Under the pieces are notes generated by a model. The model had not been told where the DNA came from, did not search any database, and worked only from the letters and a program-made list of their open reading frames with translations. A stretch of DNA of 64,000 bases from contig NC_042997.1 in NCBI RefSeq assembly GCF_006345805.1, positions 209,064,001 to 209,128,000 of the forward strand. Direction: 5' to 3'. The DNA comes from Octopus sinensis (taxonomy: Eukaryota). Made by a program: the position numbers and the translations under genes. Positions 25,425 through 39,254 of this stretch are shown here, in pieces. Positions within the stretch are counted from its first letter, which is position 1. Every line of letters starts with the position of its first letter.

Positions 25425-25963
25425 GGCATAGGAGTGGCTGTGTGGCAAGAAGTTTCAGCCTCACTGCATAGCACCTTGGGTAAATGTCTTCTATAGCCTT
25501 GAACCAATCAAAGCTTTGTAAGTGGGTTTGGTAGACGGAAACTGAAAGAAGCCACTTTGTATGTGTGTGTATATGTATATAGGCACTGGAGTGGCTGTGT
25601 GGTAAGAAGCTTGCTTCCCAACCACATGGCTCCAGGTTCAGTTCCACTGTGGCACCTTGGGCAAGTGTCTTCTATTATAGCCATGGGCCGACTAAAGCCC
25701 ATTTGGTAGACGGAAACTGAAAGAAGCCCATAGTATGCCTATATATGTGTGTGTGTATGTATTCATTTGTGTGTCTGTTTGTCCCCATCTCCCAACCACT
25801 GCTTGACAACCGATGTCCGTGTGTTTATGTCCCCATAACTTAGCAGTTTGGCAAAAGAGATGACAGAATAAGTACAAGGCTTACAAAGAATAAGTCCTGG
25901 GGGGTCAATTCGTTTGACTAAAGGCAGTGCTCCAGTATGGCCACAGTCAAATGACTGAAACAA

Positions 25964-25965
<2 letters not shown>
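25425..25965 (+). mobile_element. SINE-B with a duplicated head (two 5' parts in tandem)
   Basis: GGAGTGGCTGTGTGG at ~25431 and ~25589. Confidence 0.8.
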
Positions 25966-25966
<1 letters not shown>

Positions 25967-26009
<43 letters not shown>

Positions 26010-26292
26010 TATATATATATACACACACACACATATATATACACACACACACATATATATATATACACACACACACACATATATATACACACACACACAT
26101 ATATATATACACACACACACACACATATATATATACACACATATATATATATACACACACACACACATATATATATACACACACATATATATATATACAC
26201 ACACACACACATATATATACACACACACACATATATATATATACACACACACACACACATATATATACACACACACATATATACACACACAC

Positions 26293-26327
<35 letters not shown>

Positions 26328-26500
26328 TATATACACACACACACACACATATATATACACACACATATATATATATACACACACACATATATGTATATAT
26401 ATACACACACACATACATATAAATAAAAATATATGCATACATACAAACATACATGTACGTACCTACATCTACATGCATATATACATGCATATATAAATAT
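25967..26500. repeat. Compound (TA)n(CA)n microsatellite
   Basis: Direct inspection. Confidence 0.97.
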
Positions 26501-26504
26501 ATAT

Positions 26505-26915
26505 ATGTGAGTACAGGACACCACAACTAGACGTAGAACTCATCGAGAAACGAAAACGGAAAAACAAGCATGGAACAAACCATTTTTTTACAACAGAAAA
26601 ACAGAGTACAAGACAAACTACACAAGGAAAAATCCCCTTCATCAGCTGTCCCTAGTTTGACTCTAGCATGTTTCGAAGGTAAGACAGAACACGACTCGTC
26701 GAAACTAGCCCTTCCTGCGAGGGAATTAAAATAAAATTACTTCGCAGAGGGGTAAAAACAAGAAAGAAAAAAATAAAATGTAACACAAACAAGACGTAAA
26801 AACGATACAAATAAAAATACAAAATAAATTACAAGATAAAAGTACATGTACAAGAAAACACAATACGAGAAATAAAAATAAACAAGAAAACAAACGAAAA
26901 GGCCTTTTTCTGGCT
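26505..26915 (-). mobile_element. Interspersed element within a microsatellite, carrying hammerhead-like motifs
   Basis: Unique-complexity insert between two (CA/TA)n tracts; see findings. Confidence 0.45.
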
Positions 26916-26917
26916 TA

Positions 26918-26946
26918 GACACACACACACACACACATATATATAT

Positions 26947-26993
<47 letters not shown>

Positions 26994-27161
26994 TAAATAT
27001 ATATTATATACATACACACACATATACATATATATATATATATATACATACACACACACATATACATATATATATATATATATCATCACCATTGTTTATA
27101 TATATATACACACACACACATATATATACACACACACACACATACATACATATATATACAT

Positions 27162-27192
<31 letters not shown>

Positions 27193-27251
27193 CATACACA
27201 CACACACACACATATATATATATACATACATACACACACATATATATATAT

Positions 27252-27314
<63 letters not shown>

Positions 27315-27336
27315 CACACATATATATATATATATT
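26918..27336. repeat. Compound (CA)n(TA)n microsatellite
   Basis: Direct inspection. Confidence 0.97.
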
Positions 27337-28140
<804 letters not shown>

Positions 28141-29039
28141 ATATATATTCCAACACCGCTTGGCAACTGGTGTTGGTGTGTTTACGTCCACATAACTTAG
28201 CAGTTCAGAAAAAGAGAGGAGAACAGACAAAGTACCAAGCTTTAAAAGAAAAAAGTACTGCAGTTGATTCTTTTGACTAAAAGTTCTTCCAGGCAGTACA
28301 TGCAGAGTACACAGAAGTACGTACAAGAAGATAAAGTGAACATTAAAGGAATCAGAATGAGGAAAGGATGAGCAGACATGCCAGAAGTAGGGTTGGTGAA
28401 TTTCAGGTAGGAAAGAATTTTTGAAGAATACAACAGTCTGACAGCTAACAACCAACAATTCTCAGCTTGAAAAGCGGTTTTCAAAAGTCATGGGTGCTAT
28501 GCTGCATTTTTTTAAGTGGCAGAGGTATTGAATATTGGACATTAACGTGTGTTTGTGGTAGGGGTGTGACTATGCGATTAAGTTCGCTTATATTAGGGCC
28601 ATGACAGAAAACTCCATGCCAAACTCTCTTTGACAAGTGGGCAAAGAGCAGCACCGAGGTATTCTTTAGTCCTGTGTCATGGAGGACTCGATAACCTCCC
28701 TAGTACTGGTGCCATGAAAAATACACCCAGTACACACTTTAAAGAGGATGGTAAATGAATGCGAAAACCATACGCCCTTTAAGCTTGTCATGTCCCTCAG
28801 CCCTAACTCCCAAAAACATAGATACCTCTCTGGTGCTGGTGCTGGTGCCTTGAGAAAATGCATCTAGTGCACAGTATAAACCGACTGCTGATAGGAACAG
28901 TATCCAACACGAAATGAGCAGCAGTTGATGAGAAGAGGGGCCTCCACCAATAAGTCCACCTACTGGAAGCTACTACACAAAGTACTTTAACTAACCATGA
29001 CCCCCACCAGCCGATGGAGATTGGAAAGTTCATTACAGT

Positions 29040-29420
29040 GGAACTCTTTACTCTTTTACTTGTTTCAGTCATTTAACTGTGGCCATGCTAGAGGACCACC
29101 TTTAGTCGAGCAAATCGACCCCAGTCCTTATTCTTTGGAAACCTAGTACTTATTCCATCGGTCTCTTTTGCTGAACCGCTAGGTTACAAAGACGTAAACA
29201 CACCAGCATCGGTTGTCAAGTGATGTGGGAGTGTGGGGGGGGACAGACAAATAAACACACATATATATATACATATAGACAACGAACTTCTTTCAGTTTC
29301 CATCTACCAAATCCACTCACAAGGCTATAGCAGAAGACACTTGCCCAAGGTGCCACACAGTGGGACTGAACCCGGAACCATGTGGTTGGAAAGCAAGCTA
29401 CTTACCACACAGCCACTCCC
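29040..29420 (-). mobile_element. SINE-B
   Basis: Same motifs. Confidence 0.85.
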
Positions 29421-29639
29421 CCAAAATGACACGTCGTTCAGATCTCAATGAATTTTGTTGTCTTCTCCTGTCAGAAAATAGTTTTTATAACCTTTAATGT
29501 TGTCTTCCCTCCAGCCTAAATCTCCTATATATCATGCCCTGCTGTCTTGAATAATGAAGGGATAAGAACCCTTTTGATACACCATTTCTGCTGAAATACT
29601 CCGCTGTTGTTTCATTAATTTTCAAAATAACAAAAAATA

Positions 29640-30005
29640 GGCGTAGGAGTGGCTGTGTGGTAAGTAGCTTGCTTACCAACCACATGGTTCCGGGTTCAGT
29701 CCCACTGCGTGGGACCTTGGGCAAGTGTCTTCTACAATAGCCTTGTGAGTGGATTTGGTAGACGGAAACTGAAAGAAGCCCGTCGTATATATGTATATAT
29801 ATATGTATGTGTTTGTGTGTCTGTGTTTGTCCCCCCAACATCGCTTGACAACCGATGCTGGTGTTTATGTCGCCGTAACTTAGTGGTTCGGCAAAAGAGA
29901 CCGATAGAATAAGTACTAGGCTTACAAAGAATATGTCCTGGGGCCAATTTGTTTGACTAAAGGCGGTGCTCCAGCATGGCCGCAGTCAAATGACTGAAAC
30001 AAGTA
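29640..30005 (+). mobile_element. SINE-B
   Basis: Same motifs. Confidence 0.85.
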
Positions 30006-31269
30006 AAGAAATTTTGACGGAAAGCTTAAATCTAGATAACTTTAAAACAGGAAGTCTGTATCATAGAATCGTGGGTCAGGTGGATTAACGTGGTTCTAGA
30101 CATACACACAACAACAAAAAAACGGGAGGGTCACGGCTGGATCAGAGTTTTAGCCCCGGCTGAAACACAACTGGTCCCAATACCCGTTTTCAATGTAAAA
30201 GAATTCTTTGCAACCATTTGACGCAAAGGTCACAGTTATCTCCCTTAGACAACTGGCGGGAAATAGCCGACAATTGCCCTCAAATTACAACCTACAAACT
30301 TCCAGAAAAAATAAAATACAGACACTGAATGGCTATACTTTTATTTGATTTCAGTCACTGGACTACGACCAGACTGGAGCACCGCTGTAAAGCGTCGATC
30401 TCAGTACTTTGTGGGGATTGACCTGCTGTTCGATAAATTAAACAGCAAATGTATCAGATTATATATAATCGAACTTTTGAAGGTTGTGCCCCAGCATGGC
30501 TACAGTTCAATGAAACTACTCAAATTATAAACAAAATCGTGATTATTTTATCGATTTTGAAAGAAAGAAAAAAAATCAGTCGAAAGTAAAGGGAGGTAAC
30601 TGAGTTATCAAAAGAAAATTACGATGGAAAAAAATGATTGGCTTCCATTGATTTTCTCACCCACCCGCATTCTACCCTTAAAGTTTTGTCTTCCAATTTC
30701 ATTTACACCAAGTATTTCTCTTTCGGAATATGATATCGATCGCAGTACTTTGCTGGTTCTTTATTTCTATTGATCCTGCCAGGATGAAAGTCTGAGCGAA
30801 CCGCCATACCCCCACCCGACTTTGTTTCCTCATAACTTCCAGAAAAATGGATATCTTTAAGTGAAATTTTATATAAATACGTTTCAGATAGTGTAAAGTC
30901 TGATTATATCGGAATTTGTAGTGAATTTTGTTTTCTTTTGGTAGGGGAGAGAAGTTTATGAAAATTCATACGAGTGGACTTTCAGTCTTCATAACTTTCG
31001 TCGGTGTTTTTTAATGAAATTTTCTATAAATAGCTTTCAATTGACGAAGATTACGATTATATCGGAAATTAATATAAAGAAGGAAACGATGGCCTCGCAT
31101 AATACACATTCTAACACACGTCACATGAAATGTCTATTAAAAAAATGTAATGCGTGTCCGTATGTTTGTATGCGAGCCCAATAATTTTATTTCTTATATT
31201 AAATTCCGATATAATCATAATTTACACCATCTGAAGCTTATTCGTATAAAATTTCATTAAAAAATACGT

Positions 31270-31552
31270 AGGCGCAGGGGTGACTGTGTGGTAAATAGCT
31301 TGGTTCCTTGTGTGATACTATAGCCTCGGGCCGACCAAAGCCATGTGAGTGGATTTAGTAGACGGAAACTGAAAGAAGCCTGTCGTATATATATATGTGT
31401 GTGTTTGTGTGTCTGTGCTCCCCCCTCCAACATCGCTTGACATCGGGGACGTAATCTAGCGGTTCGGCAAATGAGAGACCGATAGAATAAGTACTAGGCT
31501 TTGCTCGACTAAAGGCGGTGCTCCAGCATGACTGAAAATAGTAAAAGAGAAA
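31270..31552 (+). mobile_element. SINE-B with internal deletions
   Basis: Same motifs. Confidence 0.8.
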
Positions 31553-32139
31553 GAGAATTTTCTGGAAGTTATGAAGAAACAGGAGGTACACTTGTGTACA
31601 TATACCACTGGACCTCATTGTCATCAACACTTGGACAAGATTTTACCGGGTTTCCATGGCATGTAACTGACCGAATTCATCACATTCCATCGCAAAATGA
31701 CTCATTCACAGTTGCGTGAACTGGAGCGAAGTGAAATTAAAGTGTTCTTACTTAAAAACACAACGTGCCTCCGTCCAGGAAACGAAATCGTAGGATTGCA
31801 GTTTCGTTTCCTACGATTGTGAGTGCAACGCCCTAAGCATGAAGGCCATGCGTTTTCAAAAAGTGGACCACGACAGAATTTGAACTGAAAATGTAAGGAA
31901 CCAGATCAATTCTCCAACGATTCTGCTGATCCATCTCCTTTAGGTTGTATATATGAATTTAAATGCCCACAAGGGGCTAAACATAGCGGGGACAAACAAG
32001 AACAGACAAATGGACTCCAGTGCGTAACTGGTACTTAATTTATCGACCCCAAAAGGATGAAAGTCAAAGTCGGCGCGTGCTCACACTGACATACAGAAAA
32101 CGTGCACAGACACACACATACATATACCGGAGAGCACAA

Positions 32140-33370
32140 TAAAATTTAAAAAATAAAATAAAATAAATTAAATAAAAGATAAAATTAAAAAAATTTTTTT
32201 AATAAAATGAAATAAATAAAAATATAAAAAATAAAAAAAAAAAATATAAAAAATAAAATGAAATAAAAAGACAAAATTCAATAAAAATAAAATTTTAAAA
32301 ATAAATAAAATAAAAATTAAATAAATTAAATTAAATTTAAAAATAAATAAAATAAACTAAACTAAAAATAAAATTAAAAAATATAAAAACTTTAAATAAA
32401 ATAAAATTAAATTAAATTAAATTAAAATAAAAATAAAATTAAAAATAAATTTAATTTAATTTAATTTTTTTGTATTTTATTTTGCTTTATTTTTATTTTT
32501 CAAATTTTTTTTAGCTTTTTCATTTTATTTTTTAAATTTTATTTTTGTATTTTATTTTATTATTATTTTTTAAATTATTTAATTTTATTTTTTAAATTTT
32601 ATTTTATTTTAATTTTTTTCATTTTTTATTTTATTTTTATTTTCAAATTTTTACTTTTTTAAATTTATTTTTATTTCTTATTTTATTTTAATTCTTTGTT
32701 TATTTTTATCTTAATTTTATTTTTTCAAATTTTTTATTTTATTTCTAATTTTTGGTAATTTTAAAAATTTTTATTATATTTTGAAATTAAAATAAAATTT
32801 TAAAAAATAAAAAATAAAATTAAAAAAATAAAATAAAAATAAATAAAAAATAAAAATAAAATAAAAATAAAAAATTTTAAATTTAAAAAATAAAATAAAA
32901 TAAAAATTTAAAATAAAAATAAAATTAAAAAATGAAATTAAAATTTTTAAAAAAATGAAATTAAAATAAAATAAAATAATATAAAATTAAAATAAAAAAT
33001 AAAAAATAAAATATGAAATTAAATTAAATTAAAATAAAATAAATAAATTTTAAAAATAAAATTAAATTTTAAAAAAATTTTAATAAAAAATAAAATATGC
33101 AAAATATAGAAATAAATAAATAAAATAAAATATAAAAAATAAATAAATGTAAAAATAAATAAATAAAATATAAAATATAAATAAATAAAATAAAATAAAA
33201 TAATTTTTTTAATTTTTAAATAAAATAAAAAAATATAAAAAATAAAAAATGAAATAAAATTAAATTAAAAAATATAAATAAAATTGAAATAAAAAAAAAA
33301 AATTAAACTAAAATAATATAAAATCAAAATAATTTTTTTTTTAAATATAATAAAATAAAATAATATAACA
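32140..33370. repeat. Almost GC-free A/T tract built from AAATA/TAAAA-like units
   Basis: Only scattered G or C over ~1.2 kb. Confidence 0.95.
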
Positions 33371-33759
33371 TACATACATACATACAAACAAACAAACCCC
33401 CATGCAGGCGACGGATTGACACGAAACTGTAAGAACGCCAGACCGGGTGGATACCTTGTAGTATTGGGTCCAGCATTTTGATTTCAAACCCCGTCATGGC
33501 CAGCCTGGGTGGTGGACTTAATCGGCTACCCCGTTTAACACCACCACTCTCTGGCACTTTGGGTGTCTTCAGGCGAACATTGGGGCTGGGTTTTCGGTTT
33601 TTTATACAACTTTCAGACCATATTTGCATAACTACGACCGCGTAGTCAAGACCATGGAGATCCGGGTTCAAACCTATGGCGCGGATCTTCGGGCAAGCGT
33701 CTTCGACAGTCTCAATTTACTACCAACCTTGAAAGTGAAAACAGATAGATTGAATCTTT

Positions 33760-34085
33760 AACTGGCTCTCCGTCGGTTACGACGAGGGTCCCAGCTCATC
33801 CGACCAACGGAACAGCTTGCTCGTGAAATTAACATGCAAGTGGCTGAGCACTCCACAGACATGCATACACTTAACATAATTCTCAGGGAGATTCAGCATG
33901 ATACAGAGTGTGACAAGGCTGACCCTTTGAATTACTGGTACAACTTATTTGTGCCAGCTGAAGGATTGGAGCAACGGGAAACAAAACGTGTTGCTCAAGG
34001 AAAATGTGCCGCCAGGAATTGAACGCGTGACCTTATGGTCGTGAACCGAATATCCTAACTACTGAGTCACGCACCTTCACCAGAT
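33760..34085 (+). mobile_element. SINE-D 3' part (related copies at ~815-950, ~7910-8155, and ~9000-9235 partly inverted)
   Basis: Shared GAACAGCTTGCTCGTGAAATTAAC.TGCAAGTGGCTGAG.ACTCC..GTGTGACAAGGCTG. Confidence 0.7.
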
Positions 34086-34569
34086 AGAAGCTTATCGAGT
34101 AGGCGATATCTTGTTCTACAGGTAATGTTTCGGAATCCACCCACTTGCAAATGTGAAGGAGACGTGGCGTGGCATGGACAAGGCCACGGGAGCAGTTGCC
34201 CTCGATGTAAAATTCTTCGAAGTTCAAAATTTCGAGAAGGAAAGAAGAAACTCTCTCCCCGCAACAGTTACCCCACCTCGGCAGTGGCAACTATTACGGG
34301 GAGAACGGTTCAGCAAAAGATCCTGGTACCATAAGCACCAGTCTTAGAAAGTCCTAGAGTCGATTCATTCGACTAAAAAGGCGGTGCCCCAGCGTGACCG
34401 CAGTCTAATGACTGAAGCAAAATAAAATAATTTTAGGAATTTAATCTGTAAGAAATTCAAACATAGTGACGCGTGCTCACACTGACACACAGAAAACGTG
34501 CACAGACACACACATACATATACCGGGGAGCACAGTGAAATGTTTACCGTGTGGTAAGAAATTCAAACA

Positions 34570-34960
34570 TAGTGGCTGTGTGGTAAGTAGCTTGCTTACC
34601 AACCACATGGTTCCGGGTTCAGTCCCACTGCGTGGCACCTTGGGCAAGTATTTTCTACTATAGCCCCGGGCCGACCAAAGCCTTATGAGTGGATTTGGTA
34701 GACGGAAACTGAAAGAAGCTAGTCGTATATATGTATGTGTATATGTTTGTATGTCTGTGTTTGTCCCCACAACATCGCTTGACAACCGATGCTGGTGTGT
34801 TTACGTCCCCGTAACTTAGCAGTTCGGCAAAAGAGACCGATAGAATAAGTACTAGGCTTCTAAAGAATAAGTCCTGGGATATATTTGTTCGACTAAAAAA
34901 AAAGCCGGTGCTCCAGCATGGCCGTAGTCAAATGACTGACACCAGTAAAAGAGTAAAGAG
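34570..34960 (+). mobile_element. SINE-B
   Basis: Same motifs. Confidence 0.85.
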
Positions 34961-35181
34961 TTAGAGTATACTTTCCAGATTACCAGGAAAAAAATGTGAC
35001 AAGGAAGGAAAATGGTAACGTCTGTTACTAGTAATAATAATGGTTTCAAGTTTTGCCATAAGGACAGTAATTTTGGAAGAGGGGAGGAGTCGATTCCATC
35101 GACCCCAGTGTGTAACTGGTACTTATTTTATTGACCCCCAGAAGGGTGAAAGGTAAAGTCAATCTCAGCGGAATTTAGTCA

Positions 35182-35586
35182 TCTATATATATATATATAT
35201 ATAAAGCTGAAGTTGTCTATGTGTGTGAGGCAGGTTTGGTAGCCTTCAACTAGCACTATCTCCTCCGAGATCCTGTGGCGCAAGTTGACCAAAATTGAGA
35301 GTATGATAGAAGAAGGCTTGCTCTTACTTCCGTAGAAAAAAAAAATTCAAATCAGACCATGTTAACACCAAAACTTATTTACACCAAAAAGGTGCTTTTT
35401 TTCTATGAAAATCCCTATTTTTTACGATTTTTTGACTGCTGTGTCGCCATTTTTCGGTGTATTTCAACCAGAAAAATGTTCACTTAAAGAAAATAACAAG
35501 CTACATAATGCAAAGTTTTTACTTTTCAAAAATTCCAATTCTAAAGGGTCGAAACAAACCCGAGCAACGCCGGGCGATACTGCTAA
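35182..35586 (+). mobile_element. Non-autonomous Helitron, second body type
   Basis: A|TCTATATATA..AAAGCTGAAG; same 3' hairpin, ends CTAA|T. Confidence 0.75.
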
Positions 35587-36956
35587 TAATAATAATAATA
35601 ATGCAGTGTACACAACGGTAATTTTCCTGTTGCTTCGCCGCGAAACTAAGAACGATATCATGAAAATTGCTTGCCATCTGTTGATCATGCTAGATGTATA
35701 TACACTGTTACAAGATATGAAGCCGTGAAATTGTCAGAGATAAAGTTTTGTTTTACAATAAAAAACAGAAAGACCACGTACCGGCAATTCTCCATTTTGT
35801 TGTTTCACCAAGAAACGAAGGATGATTATTTCTGGCACATTGTGCCGCTCTCAATGTTTATGTCCCCTTCCTAAACCTGCGCGGTGCCAGTAATCAGGAA
35901 CTGGTTTGTAAATGGATGGGGAGTGTCTGCTTCCATGAATTTGCTTCCGTGAGTTTCGTTGGCCATCCATAGCACAGACGTATTCCTTTAAAAGAAAGAA
36001 AAAATGCATTTCAGCAATCCACTCCTTAAAAAAGCCGTTGTTATATAAAACTGAGATCTCTTGTGATTACCCAAATCCCCTTAATCTCTTGTGATTAACC
36101 AAATCCCCTTTGTTACAATCATCGAGCGTCCAACCAGCATCGAGCTTTCCATGAGAAAATTTTCCTATAGAATCGGAAGGAATCTTTCGCTTTCGATAAA
36201 AGTCTATGACGTTACGAGTGAATTTGTAACAGTTTTCCATCTCGATGTTCCGATTTTTATATAATTTTCTATTTTCCGCTTTTTAATTGTCGAATTTTTA
36301 ACCCCGATTTAGATTGTCACAATCGTTATATGTTGGAGTGTCCACGTTCGTCCCCTTCTATAGACAACAAAAGAAATTGTAACAGTTTTCCATCTGCTCG
36401 ACATAGGTGAAGTCAAATACACTCGCACACACATTCACTCCTGACTTATGTCATGTACCAATACCGAAGTAGGAACTTCTCTCGTGCGTAAAACCCCCCC
36501 AGAATCTCAAATTTTCAGTTTTGTATCGCAAAAGAACCAAAATGTGTGTCCTTAGCCTTCATTAAAAGGCGGACGGAAGAAGTTCAATCTTGAATTTGAG
36601 GCAGACGAGATGTTTTATGCTTCCAAAGCCGAGTATTTTTATAATCTTGGCAACATCTCCAAATACAAAAAAAGCTAAATTTTTCGTATTTGTACCAGTC
36701 TCGTGAGACGAGTGTGAATTTCTGATCGCTAGATTGTCGAAATGGTTCTCACTGCCTCATAGAGAAAGAAAAGGTCAAGGAACCGAGTGGCTGTTTTCTT
36801 TAAAGTTTTGTCCCCCCCCCGCCCCACCCACCCACAAAAAAAAAATGTTATATTTTTGCTCCCAAGTCAGTACCTTTCTCCAGTAAATACTATTACACTC
36901 ATTTCATGAAACGGGTGGATAAAAAATAATTACCATTATTCTGACCACATATTTCG

Positions 36957-37087
36957 GTAGAGAGAGAGAGAGAGAGAGAGAGAGAATAACCATATTTGCT
37001 TCCAACTGTTGAACAAGCAAAGGAATGCTGGTGTTCACAGGAGGACACCAGGACAAGACTTGTTCAACAGTTGTAAGCAAATATGGT

Positions 37088-37132
<45 letters not shown>
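36957..37132. repeat. Hairpin whose arms include (GA)n/(TC)n tracts
   Basis: (GA)n-ATAACCATATTTGCTTCCAACTGTTGAACAAG..CTTGTTCAACAGTTGTAAGCAAATATGGTTAT-(TC)n. Confidence 0.8.
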
Positions 37133-37909
37133 CATAAGTTTGTTGTATTGTATATTATTATGTGATACTACAAGTTAACTTCGATAGCCGTTAATAAGTT
37201 ATTTCCTGATGTAGCAGAAGTTATCGATAAACCGTTAATGTTAACTTTTATCATAGGGAAAAACAAAACAGTTCTTGCTCTAAAACTACCTTTCGAAAGT
37301 GTAAAAACTATAAAATCTGTGAAATTGAATTTAACAGAAGTTAATAAGTCCGATAATGCTTTCCAAAGTTAACTTAAAAGTTAAGATTCAAGATAAAATA
37401 TGCCAAACTACTGAGCAGCAAAATGCGGAGTTGTTGATAAGAGTGTCAAAGAGAAGTCTTGTAGAGCAACATCCGAAAGTTACGACGAGCGTTAATGAGA
37501 GTTAATGTATTGTGTGATCTCAGGTTGGCTGAAGAACGATTCTAGTCTCGGGATACACAGGAAACGGTTATCTATATGTTGATTTCTAGTTAGTAAACCG
37601 ATTGGAGATACATGCAATATAACAAGTTAGCGACATCTGTTACTGAAACACAAATCTACCAAAGTAAATTCCCAAACCTAGAACGAGGGGGATATGTAGG
37701 GGTCACAATAGCCTGGATTCGCGGTTATAGAGAAGATGTACCCAAGATAACACGCAAGAGAATCCAGCTCAGAACCACGTGGCTGAGAACAAACAAACCG
37801 TTTTTGAAAGCATCAGTTTTCCAGAAAGTGCGCTGCTGAAATTATGATGCGTCGAATACAATATCGATGCATCTTTTATGCAATCACATACGGTTACTAG
37901 TTTTTATAC

Positions 37910-38105
37910 GGGCGAAATGCTTAGCGGTATTTCGTCTGTCGTTACGTTCTGAGTTCAAATTCCGCCGAGGTCGACTTTGCCTTTCATCCTTTCGGGGTCG
38001 ATAAATTAAGTACCAGTTACGCACTGGGGTCGATATAATCGACTTAATCCGTTTGTCTCTCCTTGTTTGTCCCCTCTGTGTTTAGCCCCTTGTTGGCAAT
38101 AAATA
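37910..38105 (+). mobile_element. SINE-C, CpG-intact
   Basis: Same motifs. Confidence 0.85.
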
Positions 38106-39254
38106 AATATATATTCTTTATCTTTCAGTCATCTGACTGCGACTATGCTGGGCCGCTGCCTTGAAAAGGTTTTTTTAGTCGAATGAATCGACCCCAGAAT
38201 TTGTTCTATCGTTGTTTTGCCGAACCGCTAAGTTACGGAGATATAAACCAACGCCTGTCGTCAGCGATGGTGGGGAAGAAACACACACACATACATTTGT
38301 AACCGAGGCAAAATGTGTAATTGATGTTTCGTTATTTTCTCCTTACCTGTTTGAAATCATTCCATTGCAAGTATTGCATCAGTATTTCGTATTGTTGCAT
38401 CATCTTTAGGAGTAAAAAAATTGGTCAGCATAATTGTTGCTGAAGGTGAGTCAGTCCGAAAAAAAGTCAGGTGACTTTTTCTCTTCTAGAAATGCTTCCT
38501 TGACTTTTAACCCGATTATAATAACCGAGGTTGCTAATAAAAAAAAGCAAAAAACTGAATAATTTTGATATGTATGGATGTTTTCTGGAGAACTGAAGCA
38601 GAAAAATTAACCTTGTGTTGGTTTACTCATTTTGCCCCAGCCAAATTTCTCTTTTATACGGTCAAAGAGAACGGCAATAATTTTAGGAAATAGTGATCAG
38701 ATTAGATTGAATTGTTTTTTTTTTTGGGGGGGGGTTATAGCAAGGAGAGGACGCTAGATGAAGATAAAAGGTTCTGAGGTCACCATTTTGGTAGGTTTGT
38801 TGATACCATCACCTTAACGTTGTCCGTTGGTTATTAAGGTCGACAAAAGTTGTTCTCACGTCGGGTTGACTCCATGGTTGAAGATGGTGTCGGCGACGGT
38901 AGTTGTTGATAGCAGGGTGTGGTACACAGACGTCACCCACTGTGTTCGATAGCTGTGGGGTGATAAATAACAGCAACTCAGCTCTGTTCAATAAAGCTTT
39001 ATTCACAGCAGTGTGGGACACAGACGAATTGCCTTGCATAGAGATGTATGGTGTTTAATAAAGATGTCTCTGGTGTGTTAGCAGTGAATGTGTGAAGACA
39101 TTAATTGTGCTTTGTATATATATATAGAGAGAGAGACTTGAAGTGTTCCTTGTTAGCACGAGATAACGACATTGAGTCTGGTCTATTCTGCTGGAGCACG
39201 TGGAAGAAAGATTTTGTGTGCGAGACCAGCGTTAACGCTACAGAGCAAAACAAG

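Noticed and set aside
33500-33590. HDV-like ribozyme (GGTGGTG/CACCACC pairing and GGCGAA)
   Set aside because: P2/P3/L3 spacing and the J1/4 GG do not fit the nested double pseudoknot.
37356-37505. 49-aa ORF containing ELLIR, identical to H3 residues 59-63
   Set aside because: No RYRP or other H3 hallmark; a 5-residue match is within chance.
38798-39100. Solo-LTR-like block (TG start, two AATAAA, CA end)
   Set aside because: No matching TSD or second copy in the window.
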